Part shown: positions 1 to 9,513 of the stretch, in pieces
Numbering within the stretch: position 1 is the first letter of the stretch
Layout: every line of letters begins with the position of its first letter
NCBI GenBank assembly: GCA_045627385.1
Contig: JAZQNO010000025.1
Span: forward strand, 5,147 to 69,146
Source: Bacteroidales bacterium
Lineage (GTDB): Bacteria; Bacteroidota; Bacteroidia; Bacteroidales; UBA1402
Length of the DNA: 64,000 nt
Reading direction: 5' to 3'
Program-made: the position numbers and the translations under genes
Notes under the pieces: generated by a model
Databases searched by the model: none
Seen by the model: only the letters and a program-made list of their open reading frames with translations
Told to the model about the DNA's origin: nothing

Positions 1-2
1 GT

Positions 3-917
3 GCCCATTGGGCCGATTTTCCATGGCGTTCGGCCAACAACGTGAACGAGACCGGATTTCCCGAACCGGTTCCCTATGTGTCGGACAAACGAATCTATAT
101 GGCCGACCTGTTCTACGATGTCAGCAACAAACACCGGGCCGAACTTCACCGCAATTACATCCGCAAGTGTCTGGACAATTTCGCCGACAACGGTTCGGTC
201 ATCCAGTTTATCAGTGAAGAATTCACTGGCCCGCTGCATTTCGTGCAGTTTTGGCTCGACGTCATCGCCGAATGGGAGGCTGAAACAGGTCTTCATCCGC
301 TCATTGCCTTGAGTGCTACCAAGGATGTGCAGGATGCCATTCTGGCCGATCCGAAGCGGGCCAGGGTGGTGGATATCATCGATATGAAATACTGGAGCCC
401 TTCCATGAACGGTTTCAATGCGCCGGCAGGGGGGCAGTCTCTGGCTCCCCGTCAGTCGCGCAGAGGAGGACCGACTCCTGTGGCCGATGTTCGCAAGATC
501 AAGGCCAAAACGATGGATGAACGCTCTTACGAAACGGTGGCGGATTATCGTACCCGTTTCCCCGAAAAAGCCTTTATCTGCTCTTCGGGTGCCGACGGAT
601 GGTCGGCTTTTATGGGTGGCGCATCGCTTTGTTCTCTGCCGGCCGGCCTGCCCGAGGCTTTCCTCAAACTGGCGGCTTCCTGCCAGCCTCTGACTGCAGA
701 AGAACCCAATGGCTGCTGGCTGCTTGGCAATCCCGAAAAGGGTTACATCGCCTATGCCCGTGGGCTGGCCCGCGTGGATCTTTCCCGCGACAGGAATACC
801 TACAGCGCCCAATGGCTCGATCCGCAGACAGGTGAAACCCGTGGCGAATCCTTCCGTATCAAGGGCGGAAGCGTTTATGAATCTGAAGGCGACGGCGTAC
901 TTTGGCTCAGCCGGTAA
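3..917 (+). CDS. 5'-truncated DUF6298-type protein, C-terminal part (paralog copy 1)
   Basis: Frame open from base 3 (AHWADFPWRSANNVNETGF...). Colinear with the C-terminal part of 11587..14604 (HRNYIRKCLDNFADNGSVIQF, EEFTGPLHFVQFWLDVIAEWE, AQWLD). Confidence 0.8.
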   Translation, partial: AHWADFPWRSANNVNETGFPEPVPYVSDKRIYMADLFYDVSNKHRAELHRNYIRKCLDNFADNGSVIQFISEEFTGPLHFVQFWLDVIAEWEAETGLHPLIALSATKDVQDAILADPKRARVVDIIDMKYWSPSMNGFNAPAGGQSLAPRQSRRGGPTPVADVRKIKAKTMDERSYETVADYRTRFPEKAFICSSGADGWSAFMGGASLCSLPAGLPEAFLKLAASCQPLTAEEPNGCWLLGNPEKGYIAYARGLARVDLSRDRNTYSAQWLDPQTGETRGESFRIKGGSVYESEGDGVLWLSR

Positions 918-928
918 ATAAACAAGCT

Positions 929-3925
929 ATGAAGATGATGAAAAAACAAGTTGGGGCTTTGGCCCTCGGCATATGCCTTGCAGCCGCTTTGCAGGCTCAG
1001 GAAGTGGAACTTCCCGATTATTCCTATTGCGGTTATCGAAATTCCAACGAAACGATTCCGGCGGTAGCCGTCAAAGCAGTGGTGCCGGTGAAAACCGGCC
1101 AAGACCGCACGGCCGACATTCAGGCTGCCATCGATTATGTATCGTCGCTGCCGCTCGACAAAAATGGTTTCCGAGGGGCCGTATTGCTTGAAGATGGCCA
1201 GTATGAGGTGTCTTCCACGCTGTGGTTCAAGGCATCCGGCGTGGTGTTGCGCGGCAGTGGCCACCGTCAGGGGAGCGGTACGGAAATTTTGGCCACCGCC
1301 ACGGACAAGACGACACTTATACGCGTCAAAGGTGTGGACGACCGTCAGTACGGCAATCCCATCGCCGTCAATGATACGGCTCTTGCAATGGACAATTGTC
1401 AGATTCATCTGGCAGCATCGGCTCTCCGTGCCGGTGACAAGGTGAAAGTACAGCGCAGAACTCAGGCGGCCGCTTTCGGCGCCGCTCCCCGAACAGGGGC
1501 TTCCGGACGGTCTTTCGGATCTTTCGTGGCTTCTTGGGAGCGCGAAATCGTATCGGTCAGGGGCAATGTCTATGAGCTGGACGCTCCGCTTTCCGACCGT
1601 CTGCGCATGGCAGAGGTCGTCCCCATGACCTGGGAGGGCTGCCTGTCGAATGTCGGTATCGAGAATGTCAGTCTGACCAGTATCTACGACAAAACCAATG
1701 AGAAGGACGAAAACCACTGCTGGATTGCCGTTTCTCTGGAAAATGTCTGCGATGCCTGGGTGCGCCGCGTCGAATTCCGCCATTTTGCCGGCTCGGCTGT
1801 GTTCATCGCTGAAACGGCTTCTCGCGTCACTGTGGAGGACTGCAAGAGCCTTGAACCGGTTTCGGAAATCGGCGGTCAGCGCCGGTACACGTTCTATGTC
1901 AAGGGCAGCCGTTGTCTTCTGCAGCGCATTCAGGCCGAAGAAGGCTACCACGATTTTGCTGTGGCGGGTGTGTCCGGTCCCAATGCTTTTGTGCAGTGCT
2001 GGAGTCTGAGCCCGTACAGTTACAGCGGCACCGTCGAAGCCCAGTCGACCGGTGTCTTGTTCGACATTTGCGCGGTCGACGGCAACTCTCTTCGCTTCGG
2101 CCAGCCCAATAGGGCCAACGCTTTCGACGGTTGCACTACCAGCCAGTCAACGATGTGGAATTCACAGGCTTCCATCATTTCCTGCGACAAGCCGATGAGC
2201 GGACAGAACTGGGCCTTCGGCGCCTGGGGAGGATTCAACGGCAAAGGCTATTGGAACGGCGCCAATACGCACGTATTCCCCTGGAGCCTCTATTACAGCC
2301 AGTTGGAAGCTCGTAAGGCTGCCACTGCCGCCGATGTCGACAAACTCATCACCGTGTCGCGCGAAAGCGCCACCAATGCCCAAATTGCCCGCCGGTATGC
2401 CGATCAGTCTCACGAACCGCTCGTCATGTTGGCTGAATGGATTGACCGGCTTTGCGAAGATGATCCGCTGGATCTTGCATATGAAGCCTCGATGAAGACT
2501 GTCTGGCAGAAATTTGTAAAAGAAAAGGATATTCCCGAGTCGCATCCGATGGTGCTTGAACGCGGTGTGCTGGTGCGTGACGGAAAGATTCTGACCGGTT
2601 CCCGCCGCAATCCGTCATGGTGGAGGGGCGACGCTTCGGCTCCTGCAACGGCGGATCCCCATCTGGTACGTTATGCCCTCGGTCCCGAAGGATATGGCAT
2701 TGTGGATGACTTGGATGAAATGACCGACAATATGAAGCGGCGACACGAACTCGTGACCGACTTCAACTATGCCCTCTGGTACGAGCGCCGCCGCGACGAT
2801 CACGAGCGCATTGCCCGTATCGACGGCGATGTGCGCCCTCCGCTCTACGAACTGCCTTTCGGCCGCAGCGGAGAAGGACGTGCCTATGACGGTCTCTCGA
2901 AATACGATCTGACCAAGTGGAACAACTGGTATTGGAATCGACTGAACACTTACGCTCATCTGGCCGATCAGAAGAATCTGGTGCTGTTCTACCAGCAGTA
3001 TTTCCAGCACAACATTCTGGAAGCCGGCGCACATTGGGCCGATTTCCCCTGGCGTCCGACCAACAACGTCAATGAAACGGATTTTCCCAATCCGACGCCT
3101 TACGCCGGCAACAAGCGTGTCTTCATGGCCGAGCATTTCTATGACGAGACGCATCCCGTGCGCCGCGAACTGCACCGCAACTATATCCGCAAGTGTCTGG
3201 AGAGTTTCTCCGACTGCGGCAGCGTGATCCATTTCCAGAGCGCCGAACTTTCCGGCCCGCTCCATTTCACTCAGTTCTGGGTGGATGTCATCGCCGAGTG
3301 GGAACGGGAAACCGGACGTCAGGCCTTGGTGGGACTGAGCGCACCCAAGAATGTGCAGGATTCCATTCTGATGGATCCTGGACGCAGTTCCACCATCAAT
3401 GTCATAGACATCCGCTACTGGTATCAGGCCGGAAACGGGCGTGAATTCGCTCCCGACGGCGGCCTCAACCTCACGCCCCGTCAGTTCGAACGTTTCGGCA
3501 AGCCTGGATCGGCCAGCGACGAATCGGTCTACTCGATGGTCAGCCGCTACCGTCAGGCATATCCCGACAAGGCGGTAATCTATTCGGCCGAAAATTACCC
3601 CGAACGCGGCTGGGCCGCTCTGATGGCCGGCGCTTCGCTGTGTCCGCTCCCCGAGGGCCTGCCCGAGGATTTTCTCAGAGACGCTGCGCGCGCTTCCGCT
3701 GTCTACGGTCTGGACAACTGGATGTTGGCGGCTCCCGGCGAGTGCTATATGGTCTATCCGTCTTCCGACGGAAAAGTGCGTGTCGACCTGTCTGCTGAAA
3801 ACGGCTCTTTCCACGCTGTATGGGTGGACCTGTCGACGGGCGAGCCTCAAGGAAGTCCCTTTACCGTCAAAGGCGGGCAGACTTGGGAAGCCGAGAGCGG
3901 CCGCCTGCTTTGGCTGAGACGATGA
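929..3925 (+). CDS. Secreted pectin-lyase-fold beta-helix + DUF6298-type domain protein (copy 2)
   Basis: Signal peptide (KKQVGALALGICLAAALQA). LPDYSYCGY / DIQAAIDYVS / GAVLL / SGVVLRGSG beta-helix start. WYERRRDDHER and YFQHNILEAGAHWADFPWR motifs. Start moved to ATG at 929. Confidence 0.75.
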   Translation: MKMMKKQVGALALGICLAAALQAQEVELPDYSYCGYRNSNETIPAVAVKAVVPVKTGQDRTADIQAAIDYVSSLPLDKNGFRGAVLLEDGQYEVSSTLWFKASGVVLRGSGHRQGSGTEILATATDKTTLIRVKGVDDRQYGNPIAVNDTALAMDNCQIHLAASALRAGDKVKVQRRTQAAAFGAAPRTGASGRSFGSFVASWEREIVSVRGNVYELDAPLSDRLRMAEVVPMTWEGCLSNVGIENVSLTSIYDKTNEKDENHCWIAVSLENVCDAWVRRVEFRHFAGSAVFIAETASRVTVEDCKSLEPVSEIGGQRRYTFYVKGSRCLLQRIQAEEGYHDFAVAGVSGPNAFVQCWSLSPYSYSGTVEAQSTGVLFDICAVDGNSLRFGQPNRANAFDGCTTSQSTMWNSQASIISCDKPMSGQNWAFGAWGGFNGKGYWNGANTHVFPWSLYYSQLEARKAATAADVDKLITVSRESATNAQIARRYADQSHEPLVMLAEWIDRLCEDDPLDLAYEASMKTVWQKFVKEKDIPESHPMVLERGVLVRDGKILTGSRRNPSWWRGDASAPATADPHLVRYALGPEGYGIVDDLDEMTDNMKRRHELVTDFNYALWYERRRDDHERIARIDGDVRPPLYELPFGRSGEGRAYDGLSKYDLTKWNNWYWNRLNTYAHLADQKNLVLFYQQYFQHNILEAGAHWADFPWRPTNNVNETDFPNPTPYAGNKRVFMAEHFYDETHPVRRELHRNYIRKCLESFSDCGSVIHFQSAELSGPLHFTQFWVDVIAEWERETGRQALVGLSAPKNVQDSILMDPGRSSTINVIDIRYWYQAGNGREFAPDGGLNLTPRQFERFGKPGSASDESVYSMVSRYRQAYPDKAVIYSAENYPERGWAALMAGASLCPLPEGLPEDFLRDAARASAVYGLDNWMLAAPGECYMVYPSSDGKVRVDLSAENGSFHAVWVDLSTGEPQGSPFTVKGGQTWEAESGRLLWLRR

Positions 3926-3998
3926 ACGCTTGTCTTTCAGGAATTTGACCCTTGAAAGTTTTTTGAGCTCTGAATGGCTTTTTGTGGAGAATAGTTTC

Positions 3999-4006
3999 TA
4001 TCTTTG
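3999..4006 (+). promoter_or_regulatory. Bacteroidetes -7 promoter element (TATCTTTG) upstream of PL11 gene
   Basis: Matches TAnnTTTG about 30 nt upstream of ATG 4037. No well-spaced -33 TTTG. Confidence 0.5.
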
Positions 4007-4036
4007 AAACTCAACCGCAAAAAGCCATTCTTTCTT

Positions 4037-7000
4037 ATGAAACATTGCAGCAACTTCTTAAGTATCTTCCTTGCATCGATTTTCTGCCTGTTCCTGACTC
4101 CGGTCCGGGCCCAGCGCATCCAACAGGATCTCGGCCGAGGCGTATCGGTCGTCCGCGGTGCTTCCCAGTCTTTCATTTCCTGGCGCCGTCTGGCCCAGGA
4201 AGACGAGCAGGCCACCTATAACGTGTATGTCAGGACCGACGGCGATTTCGCCCTTCTCAACCAGCAGCCGCTCTCTCTGACCGGCATGGCATGTGCCGAC
4301 GACCTTTTGCCTGTCGGCTGCCAGGTGGCCGTCACCGCCATCCAGAACGGTGTCGAAGGTGCGATGAGCGTTCCCTTCACGCTCAAAAGCTACGATATCC
4401 GGAACATCTTCGTTGAAATCCGTTACAACGGCTCGCCTCTGAACAAGGCGGATTACAGCACCAAATACGTCTGGCCCTGCGATCTCGACGGCGACGGCGA
4501 AATGGATTACGTGGTGGACCGCAATCCGCTCAACGGCGGCACCCAGAAAGTCGAGGCCTATCTGCGTGACGGCACTTTCCTCTGGTGCGTGGATATGGGC
4601 CCCAACGAATCCATCAGCAACGGACAGGACGACCAGGTGCTGGCCTATGACATCGACTGTGACGGTCTGGGCGAGGTGGTTGTCCAGACTTCCGACGGCA
4701 CCCGTTTCTGGGATAAGGGAAACAAGACCTGGGGCAAGTATGTCAATGGCGGCGATTCGCCCGACACCGATGGCGACGGCATTGTCGACTATGGCACCCA
4801 GTCGGTGAAAAACGCTCCCCGTTACATGACGGTCATCGACGGACTGAGCGGCGCCGAGCAGACCAGCGTCGAACAGATTTACAACAGCGCTTACAACCGT
4901 ACAAACAAGGCCTCCCTGATGGGCGACGAGTACAATCTGCACGTCGGCAAGGTCTGCGTGACCTATTTCGACGGCATCCATCCCGGAGTGAGCATGGAAT
5001 GGCACACCCGCTCCTCGGGAGGTACGCACTATTACTATAGCGAGGGTTTCAGCTATGACTTCAATCAGGGTGTGGCCGAAAACTGGCACGTCGTTTTCCA
5101 GGAACCTTGCGGCAACGGCTCGTTCCACTCCATCCGTGTGGCCGACGTCGATTACGACGGCAAAGACGAGATGCTGGAAGGCGGCTGGACGATGGACCAT
5201 ACGGGCAAAGTCCTTTTCAACGCAGGCATCTCTCACGGCGACCGTTTCCGCACGACGGACATCGATCCCGAGCGTCCGGGAATGGAGACTTTCGCCATCC
5301 AGCAGAATGCCCCCGACATGCTGGGTCAGATCCTCTATCAGGCCGAAGACGGAAAAGCCATCAAGAAATGGTATCTTTCCGGTGTGGGCGATGTGGGCCG
5401 CGGTGACTGTTACGACATGGATCCCAATCATCTGGGTTGGGAAATGTTTTCCACGATGGACGGCTATGCCATTTATGACGCTCAGGGAAACGCTTTGGGC
5501 AAAACGGCCTATTTTCCAACGGAAGCGCTTTGGTGGGATGGCGATCTGGGCCGTGAATATGCCGCTTCTCCCGACGGAAATGGCTACAACTGCGATATCC
5601 GCAAATGGCAGGCCGGCAGTGTGACCCGCCTGTACGAAATGGCCAAAGCCAGCAATTACACGGTCAAGAGTTCTTATGGTGTGCGTGCCCTGTTCTGGGG
5701 CGACATCATCGGCGACTGGCGCGAGGAAATCATCCTGCGCCGCGACGACAGCAACGGAGTCTGTCAGGGCATCGTCGGATTCTCAACCGATTATACGACT
5801 GCGGTCAACGATATCTACTGCCTTCAGGAAGATCCGGCCTATCGCTTGCAATGCACCTCGAAAGGCTATTATCAGACGCCGGCCCCGAGCTTTTATCTGG
5901 GTTATGACATGCCGCGTCCGCCGCTTCCTCCCGTCATGAAGACCGATCTGGTCTGGAACGGCGGTTACAGCGATTACCGGCGCGCCGACCTGGAGCTGGG
6001 CCTCTATGCCGTCGAAGGTAAAAGTGTCCTGTTTGATCTGGCGGGTCCGGATGAAGTCGTACTCGATGAGGTTTATCAGCCTAAGACGATGTATGTGATG
6101 CCTCCCAAAGGCAAATCCTATCATTTTTCCGGTGCCGGCTATACGGCGGGTGACATGGAACTCTGGAAAAGCCAGGCAGGCGTGATGGTTTCCGACATCG
6201 ATTTCCGCCATACGGGCCGTACCGTGATCAGTGAAGGCGAACTGAAAATGAACGCTTCCATCTCCGGTCCGGTGGAGCTCCGTGCCCGTGGCACCTTGTC
6301 CGGAAAGGCTGTCCTCCTCGACACGCTGGTGCTGGAAGGCGCCCTCAATTATGAAGGCTGCCGGCTGTTGCCGGGCGAAATCGGACAGATGGACACCATT
6401 GAACTGAAAAAATCCTTGAATGTCAGCAAGCGCCTTTTTGTGGAAGCGGACATCTGCCAGACCGACAGTCTCTGTCAGTCAGACCTCATCCTCGTTGGGG
6501 GCGACCTGGCGCTCAATGCTCCGGTCATTTTCAGCATCAGTCCCATAGGCGAGGCCAAGCCCGGCCGTTACAAACTGATGGAATATGCCGGCCGGTGCAG
6601 CGGAAAAGGCGAGCTGAGCTACACGGGCCTGACGGGCCTCTACTGCACGATCGTCAGGGAAGACAAGGCCATCTGGCTGGTTATCAACGAACAACGTCCT
6701 GCCATGTCGCAAGTGTTCTGGACGGGAGCTGCCGGCAATGTCTGGGATTACCAGTCGGCCAATTTCCGTATCGGAACCACCGCTACGGAGTTCGTGTCGG
6801 GAGACAGCCTGGTCTTCGGTGACGAGGCGGTCCTGACCAGCTTCAGGGTCGACCAGCCGATGCCTGTCGGAAGTGTCGTCTTTGCCAACGATTCGAAAGA
6901 CTATACCATAGAGGGTGACGGAGGCTTTTCCGGTTCGGGAAGTCTGACATTCCAAGGTAACGGCCGTGTGACGATGAAGACCCGCAAGAACAGCTATACC

Positions 7001-8533
7001 GGTCCGACGAACCTGACTTCCGGAACGCTGGTGGTCAGCGACCTGATGGACAACGGAATGGAAAGTTCCATCGGCTCGGGCAGCCGACTCAATATCGGCA
7101 AGGCCACACTGGTGGTCAACAACAGCAGTGCCAGCACCAACCGAACGGTGGTTCTGAGCGACACGGCCACCATTCAAGTGCCTTCGGGAACCGTTTCCCT
7201 GAAAGGCCAGGTGAGCGGCACGGGAATGCTGGTGAAGACGGGTGGGGGACAGCTCAACCTCACCTATTCGGCGGCGAACTCGTATCGCGGCGGCACGGTG
7301 ATCAAGGGCGGCACGCTGGCTATGGGAACCAGCAAGGCCACTTTCGGCGCTACAGGTTCGAATGTGTACATTCAGGACAATTCCACTATTGTGCTGTTCA
7401 ATAACAACTCCACGTCGGATGTGCCCAACCTCAACCACAAATTCATCCTGTCCCAGGGCAAGAGCCTGACCGTCAAGATGGGACAGCGCTGTCAGCTGAA
7501 CGGCAGTCTGTCGGGACAGGGCAATGTGACGGTCAACTTCCCTTATGTGCGCGGTGAGTTCCGGCTCGATATGTCGGGATTCAAAGGCAAGCTGACGGCT
7601 ACCGGCAACCAATTCCGTCTGAATCAGTCGACTCAGATGAAGAATGTCGAAGTGGTGCTTTCGGACGATGTCTATCTGGCTCACTTCACAGCAGGCAGCG
7701 GCACCGAAAACAATCAGACTTCCTATCTGGGTGCGCTTTCGTCGAGTGTCGGCACCAGCAGTCTGGGAACCGGCACCTGGAACATCGGTTATCTCAACTC
7801 CGATTTCCGTTTCGACGGCACCTTCTCCTCAAAGGCTACCGTGCACAAATACGGATCGGGCACGATGAAACTGACCGGAGCCAGTGCGGCGCCCATCACC
7901 ATACACGAAGGAACGGTGGAGGCCAACTGCAGTTCTGCAGCCACCACCAGCCGGCGGATCACCGTTCAGTCGGGGGCGACCTTGCGCGGATCGGGCAAGA
8001 CTTCTTCGGTGAATGTGGAGAGCGGCGGCACTTTGGCCTTCGGAAGCCTCATCAATACGGGCACGCTGAACCTAACCGGCGAGCTGAATGTGTCCGAAGG
8101 CGGACGTATCGAGTTGCGTTTGTCAAAAGTCCTCAGCGACAAGTTGGAAAGCAATGCCGCCGTCAACCTGACTTCTCCGGTCTTCGTGCTGACGCGTACC
8201 GGTTCGGCCGAAGCCTGGACCGAAGGCACCCGGATTCAGTTGATTTCGGGCAATCCGACCATTCAGCTGACAGGTACGCCGTCCGTCGAGCCGGAAGTGC
8301 CTTGCGAGGGCTGTGTCTGGGACTGGTCGGAACTGGCTTCCGCCGGCGTTCTGAAGGTGGTCAAGGCCACTGCCGTTTTCACCGTGAAGACGGACGACGT
8401 TCTGGAAAATGTCTACGATATGCTCGGGCGCAAGGTGGCCGTATACAATCGGACTCGAGAGCGTTTCGAAGGTGAGACTCCCGCCGCCGGCGTCTATCTG
8501 GTCGGCCAAAGGAAAATGAGGATTGCCTATTAA
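4037..8533 (+). CDS. Rhamnogalacturonan lyase (PL11-like) with autotransporter-associated beta-strand repeats and T9SS-like C-terminus
   Basis: Signal peptide. DLGRGV..SFISWRRL, Ca-binding DLDGDGEMDY / DIDCDGLGE / DVDYDGKDE, HGD, GDIIGDWREEII, YYQTPAPSFYLG. Repeats of the LVKTGGGQLNL..NSYRGGTVIKGGTL type. Ends VYDMLGRKV...GVYLVGQRKMRI. Confidence 0.8.
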   Translation: MKHCSNFLSIFLASIFCLFLTPVRAQRIQQDLGRGVSVVRGASQSFISWRRLAQEDEQATYNVYVRTDGDFALLNQQPLSLTGMACADDLLPVGCQVAVTAIQNGVEGAMSVPFTLKSYDIRNIFVEIRYNGSPLNKADYSTKYVWPCDLDGDGEMDYVVDRNPLNGGTQKVEAYLRDGTFLWCVDMGPNESISNGQDDQVLAYDIDCDGLGEVVVQTSDGTRFWDKGNKTWGKYVNGGDSPDTDGDGIVDYGTQSVKNAPRYMTVIDGLSGAEQTSVEQIYNSAYNRTNKASLMGDEYNLHVGKVCVTYFDGIHPGVSMEWHTRSSGGTHYYYSEGFSYDFNQGVAENWHVVFQEPCGNGSFHSIRVADVDYDGKDEMLEGGWTMDHTGKVLFNAGISHGDRFRTTDIDPERPGMETFAIQQNAPDMLGQILYQAEDGKAIKKWYLSGVGDVGRGDCYDMDPNHLGWEMFSTMDGYAIYDAQGNALGKTAYFPTEALWWDGDLGREYAASPDGNGYNCDIRKWQAGSVTRLYEMAKASNYTVKSSYGVRALFWGDIIGDWREEIILRRDDSNGVCQGIVGFSTDYTTAVNDIYCLQEDPAYRLQCTSKGYYQTPAPSFYLGYDMPRPPLPPVMKTDLVWNGGYSDYRRADLELGLYAVEGKSVLFDLAGPDEVVLDEVYQPKTMYVMPPKGKSYHFSGAGYTAGDMELWKSQAGVMVSDIDFRHTGRTVISEGELKMNASISGPVELRARGTLSGKAVLLDTLVLEGALNYEGCRLLPGEIGQMDTIELKKSLNVSKRLFVEADICQTDSLCQSDLILVGGDLALNAPVIFSISPIGEAKPGRYKLMEYAGRCSGKGELSYTGLTGLYCTIVREDKAIWLVINEQRPAMSQVFWTGAAGNVWDYQSANFRIGTTATEFVSGDSLVFGDEAVLTSFRVDQPMPVGSVVFANDSKDYTIEGDGGFSGSGSLTFQGNGRVTMKTRKNSYTGPTNLTSGTLVVSDLMDNGMESSIGSGSRLNIGKATLVVNNSSASTNRTVVLSDTATIQVPSGTVSLKGQVSGTGMLVKTGGGQLNLTYSAANSYRGGTVIKGGTLAMGTSKATFGATGSNVYIQDNSTIVLFNNNSTSDVPNLNHKFILSQGKSLTVKMGQRCQLNGSLSGQGNVTVNFPYVRGEFRLDMSGFKGKLTATGNQFRLNQSTQMKNVEVVLSDDVYLAHFTAGSGTENNQTSYLGALSSSVGTSSLGTGTWNIGYLNSDFRFDGTFSSKATVHKYGSGTMKLTGASAAPITIHEGTVEANCSSAATTSRRITVQSGATLRGSGKTSSVNVESGGTLAFGSLINTGTLNLTGELNVSEGGRIELRLSKVLSDKLESNAAVNLTSPVFVLTRTGSAEAWTEGTRIQLISGNPTIQLTGTPSVEPEVPCEGCVWDWSELASAGVLKVVKATAVFTVKTDDVLENVYDMLGRKVAVYNRTRERFEGETPAAGVYLVGQRKMRIAY

Positions 8534-8583
8534 ACGATACGCGTCCGCTTGCGTCAAAAGAACTGCTTATATACTACTATAGA

Positions 8584-9504
8584 ATGGAAAGAAAAGAGTT
8601 TAAAGGCATCATCCCCCCGATGATTACCCCTTTGAAAGATGTGGATACGCTCGACCTTGCCGGTCTGGAGCGTCTGGTCGAACATATTCTGGCCGGCGGT
8701 GTGCACGGACTGTTCATTCTGGGCACCACCGGTGAGGCTCAGAGCCTCAGTTATGCGCTCCGTTACGAACTCATCGAGCGTGTCTGCCGTCAGGTAGGCG
8801 ACCGTGTTCCCGTGCTGGTGGGCATTACGGATACCTCCCTCACCGAAAGCTTGAAGATGGCCGAAAAGGCTGCTGTCTGCGGTGCCTCTGCCGTGGTTTC
8901 AGCCGCTCCCTACTACTATGCTCCGGCTCAGCCCGAACTGGTCGATTTCTATCAGGCTTTGGCCGACCGTCTTCCTTTGCCTATGTTCCTCTACAATATG
9001 CCTTCACACGTGAAGGTATTCATGGAACCGGCCACGGTCAAGGCCATTGCCGAGCATCCCAACGTCATCGGTCTGAAGGACAGTTCGGCCAATGTGGTCT
9101 ATTTCCACACGCTCATCCAGATGATGAAGGACCGTCCCGATTTCTCGCTTCTGATGGGTCCGGAAGAATTGACCGGCGAAGTGGTCATGATGGGCGGACA
9201 CGGCGGTGTGAACGGCGGTGCCAACATTTTCCCGAAACTGTATGTGGATATGTATGAGGCTGCCGCCAGACGCGACGTCGAGGCGCTCAACAAGTTGCAG
9301 GAGACCATCATGTACATCAGCAACACCATCTACAAGGTCGGCCGCTACGGTTCGAGCTATCTGAAAGGAGTCAAGTGCAGCTGCTCTCTGCTGGGCATCT
9401 GCAGCGACTATATGGCGGTGCCTTATCACCATTTCAATGCTCCCGAACGCAAGAAGGTGCAGGAATATCTCGAGACGCTCGGAGCAAAGATTGTCAACCC
9501 ATAA
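8584..9504 (+). CDS. DHDPS/N-acetylneuraminate-lyase family pyruvate aldolase 1 (candidate Kdo aldolase)
   Basis: GTTGE, PYY, YNMP and Schiff-base GLKDSS motifs. Lacks the DapA YNxPxR arginine. Confidence 0.85.
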   Translation: MERKEFKGIIPPMITPLKDVDTLDLAGLERLVEHILAGGVHGLFILGTTGEAQSLSYALRYELIERVCRQVGDRVPVLVGITDTSLTESLKMAEKAAVCGASAVVSAAPYYYAPAQPELVDFYQALADRLPLPMFLYNMPSHVKVFMEPATVKAIAEHPNVIGLKDSSANVVYFHTLIQMMKDRPDFSLLMGPEELTGEVVMMGGHGGVNGGANIFPKLYVDMYEAAARRDVEALNKLQETIMYISNTIYKVGRYGSSYLKGVKCSCSLLGICSDYMAVPYHHFNAPERKKVQEYLETLGAKIVNP

Positions 9505-9513
9505 GCGACTGCC

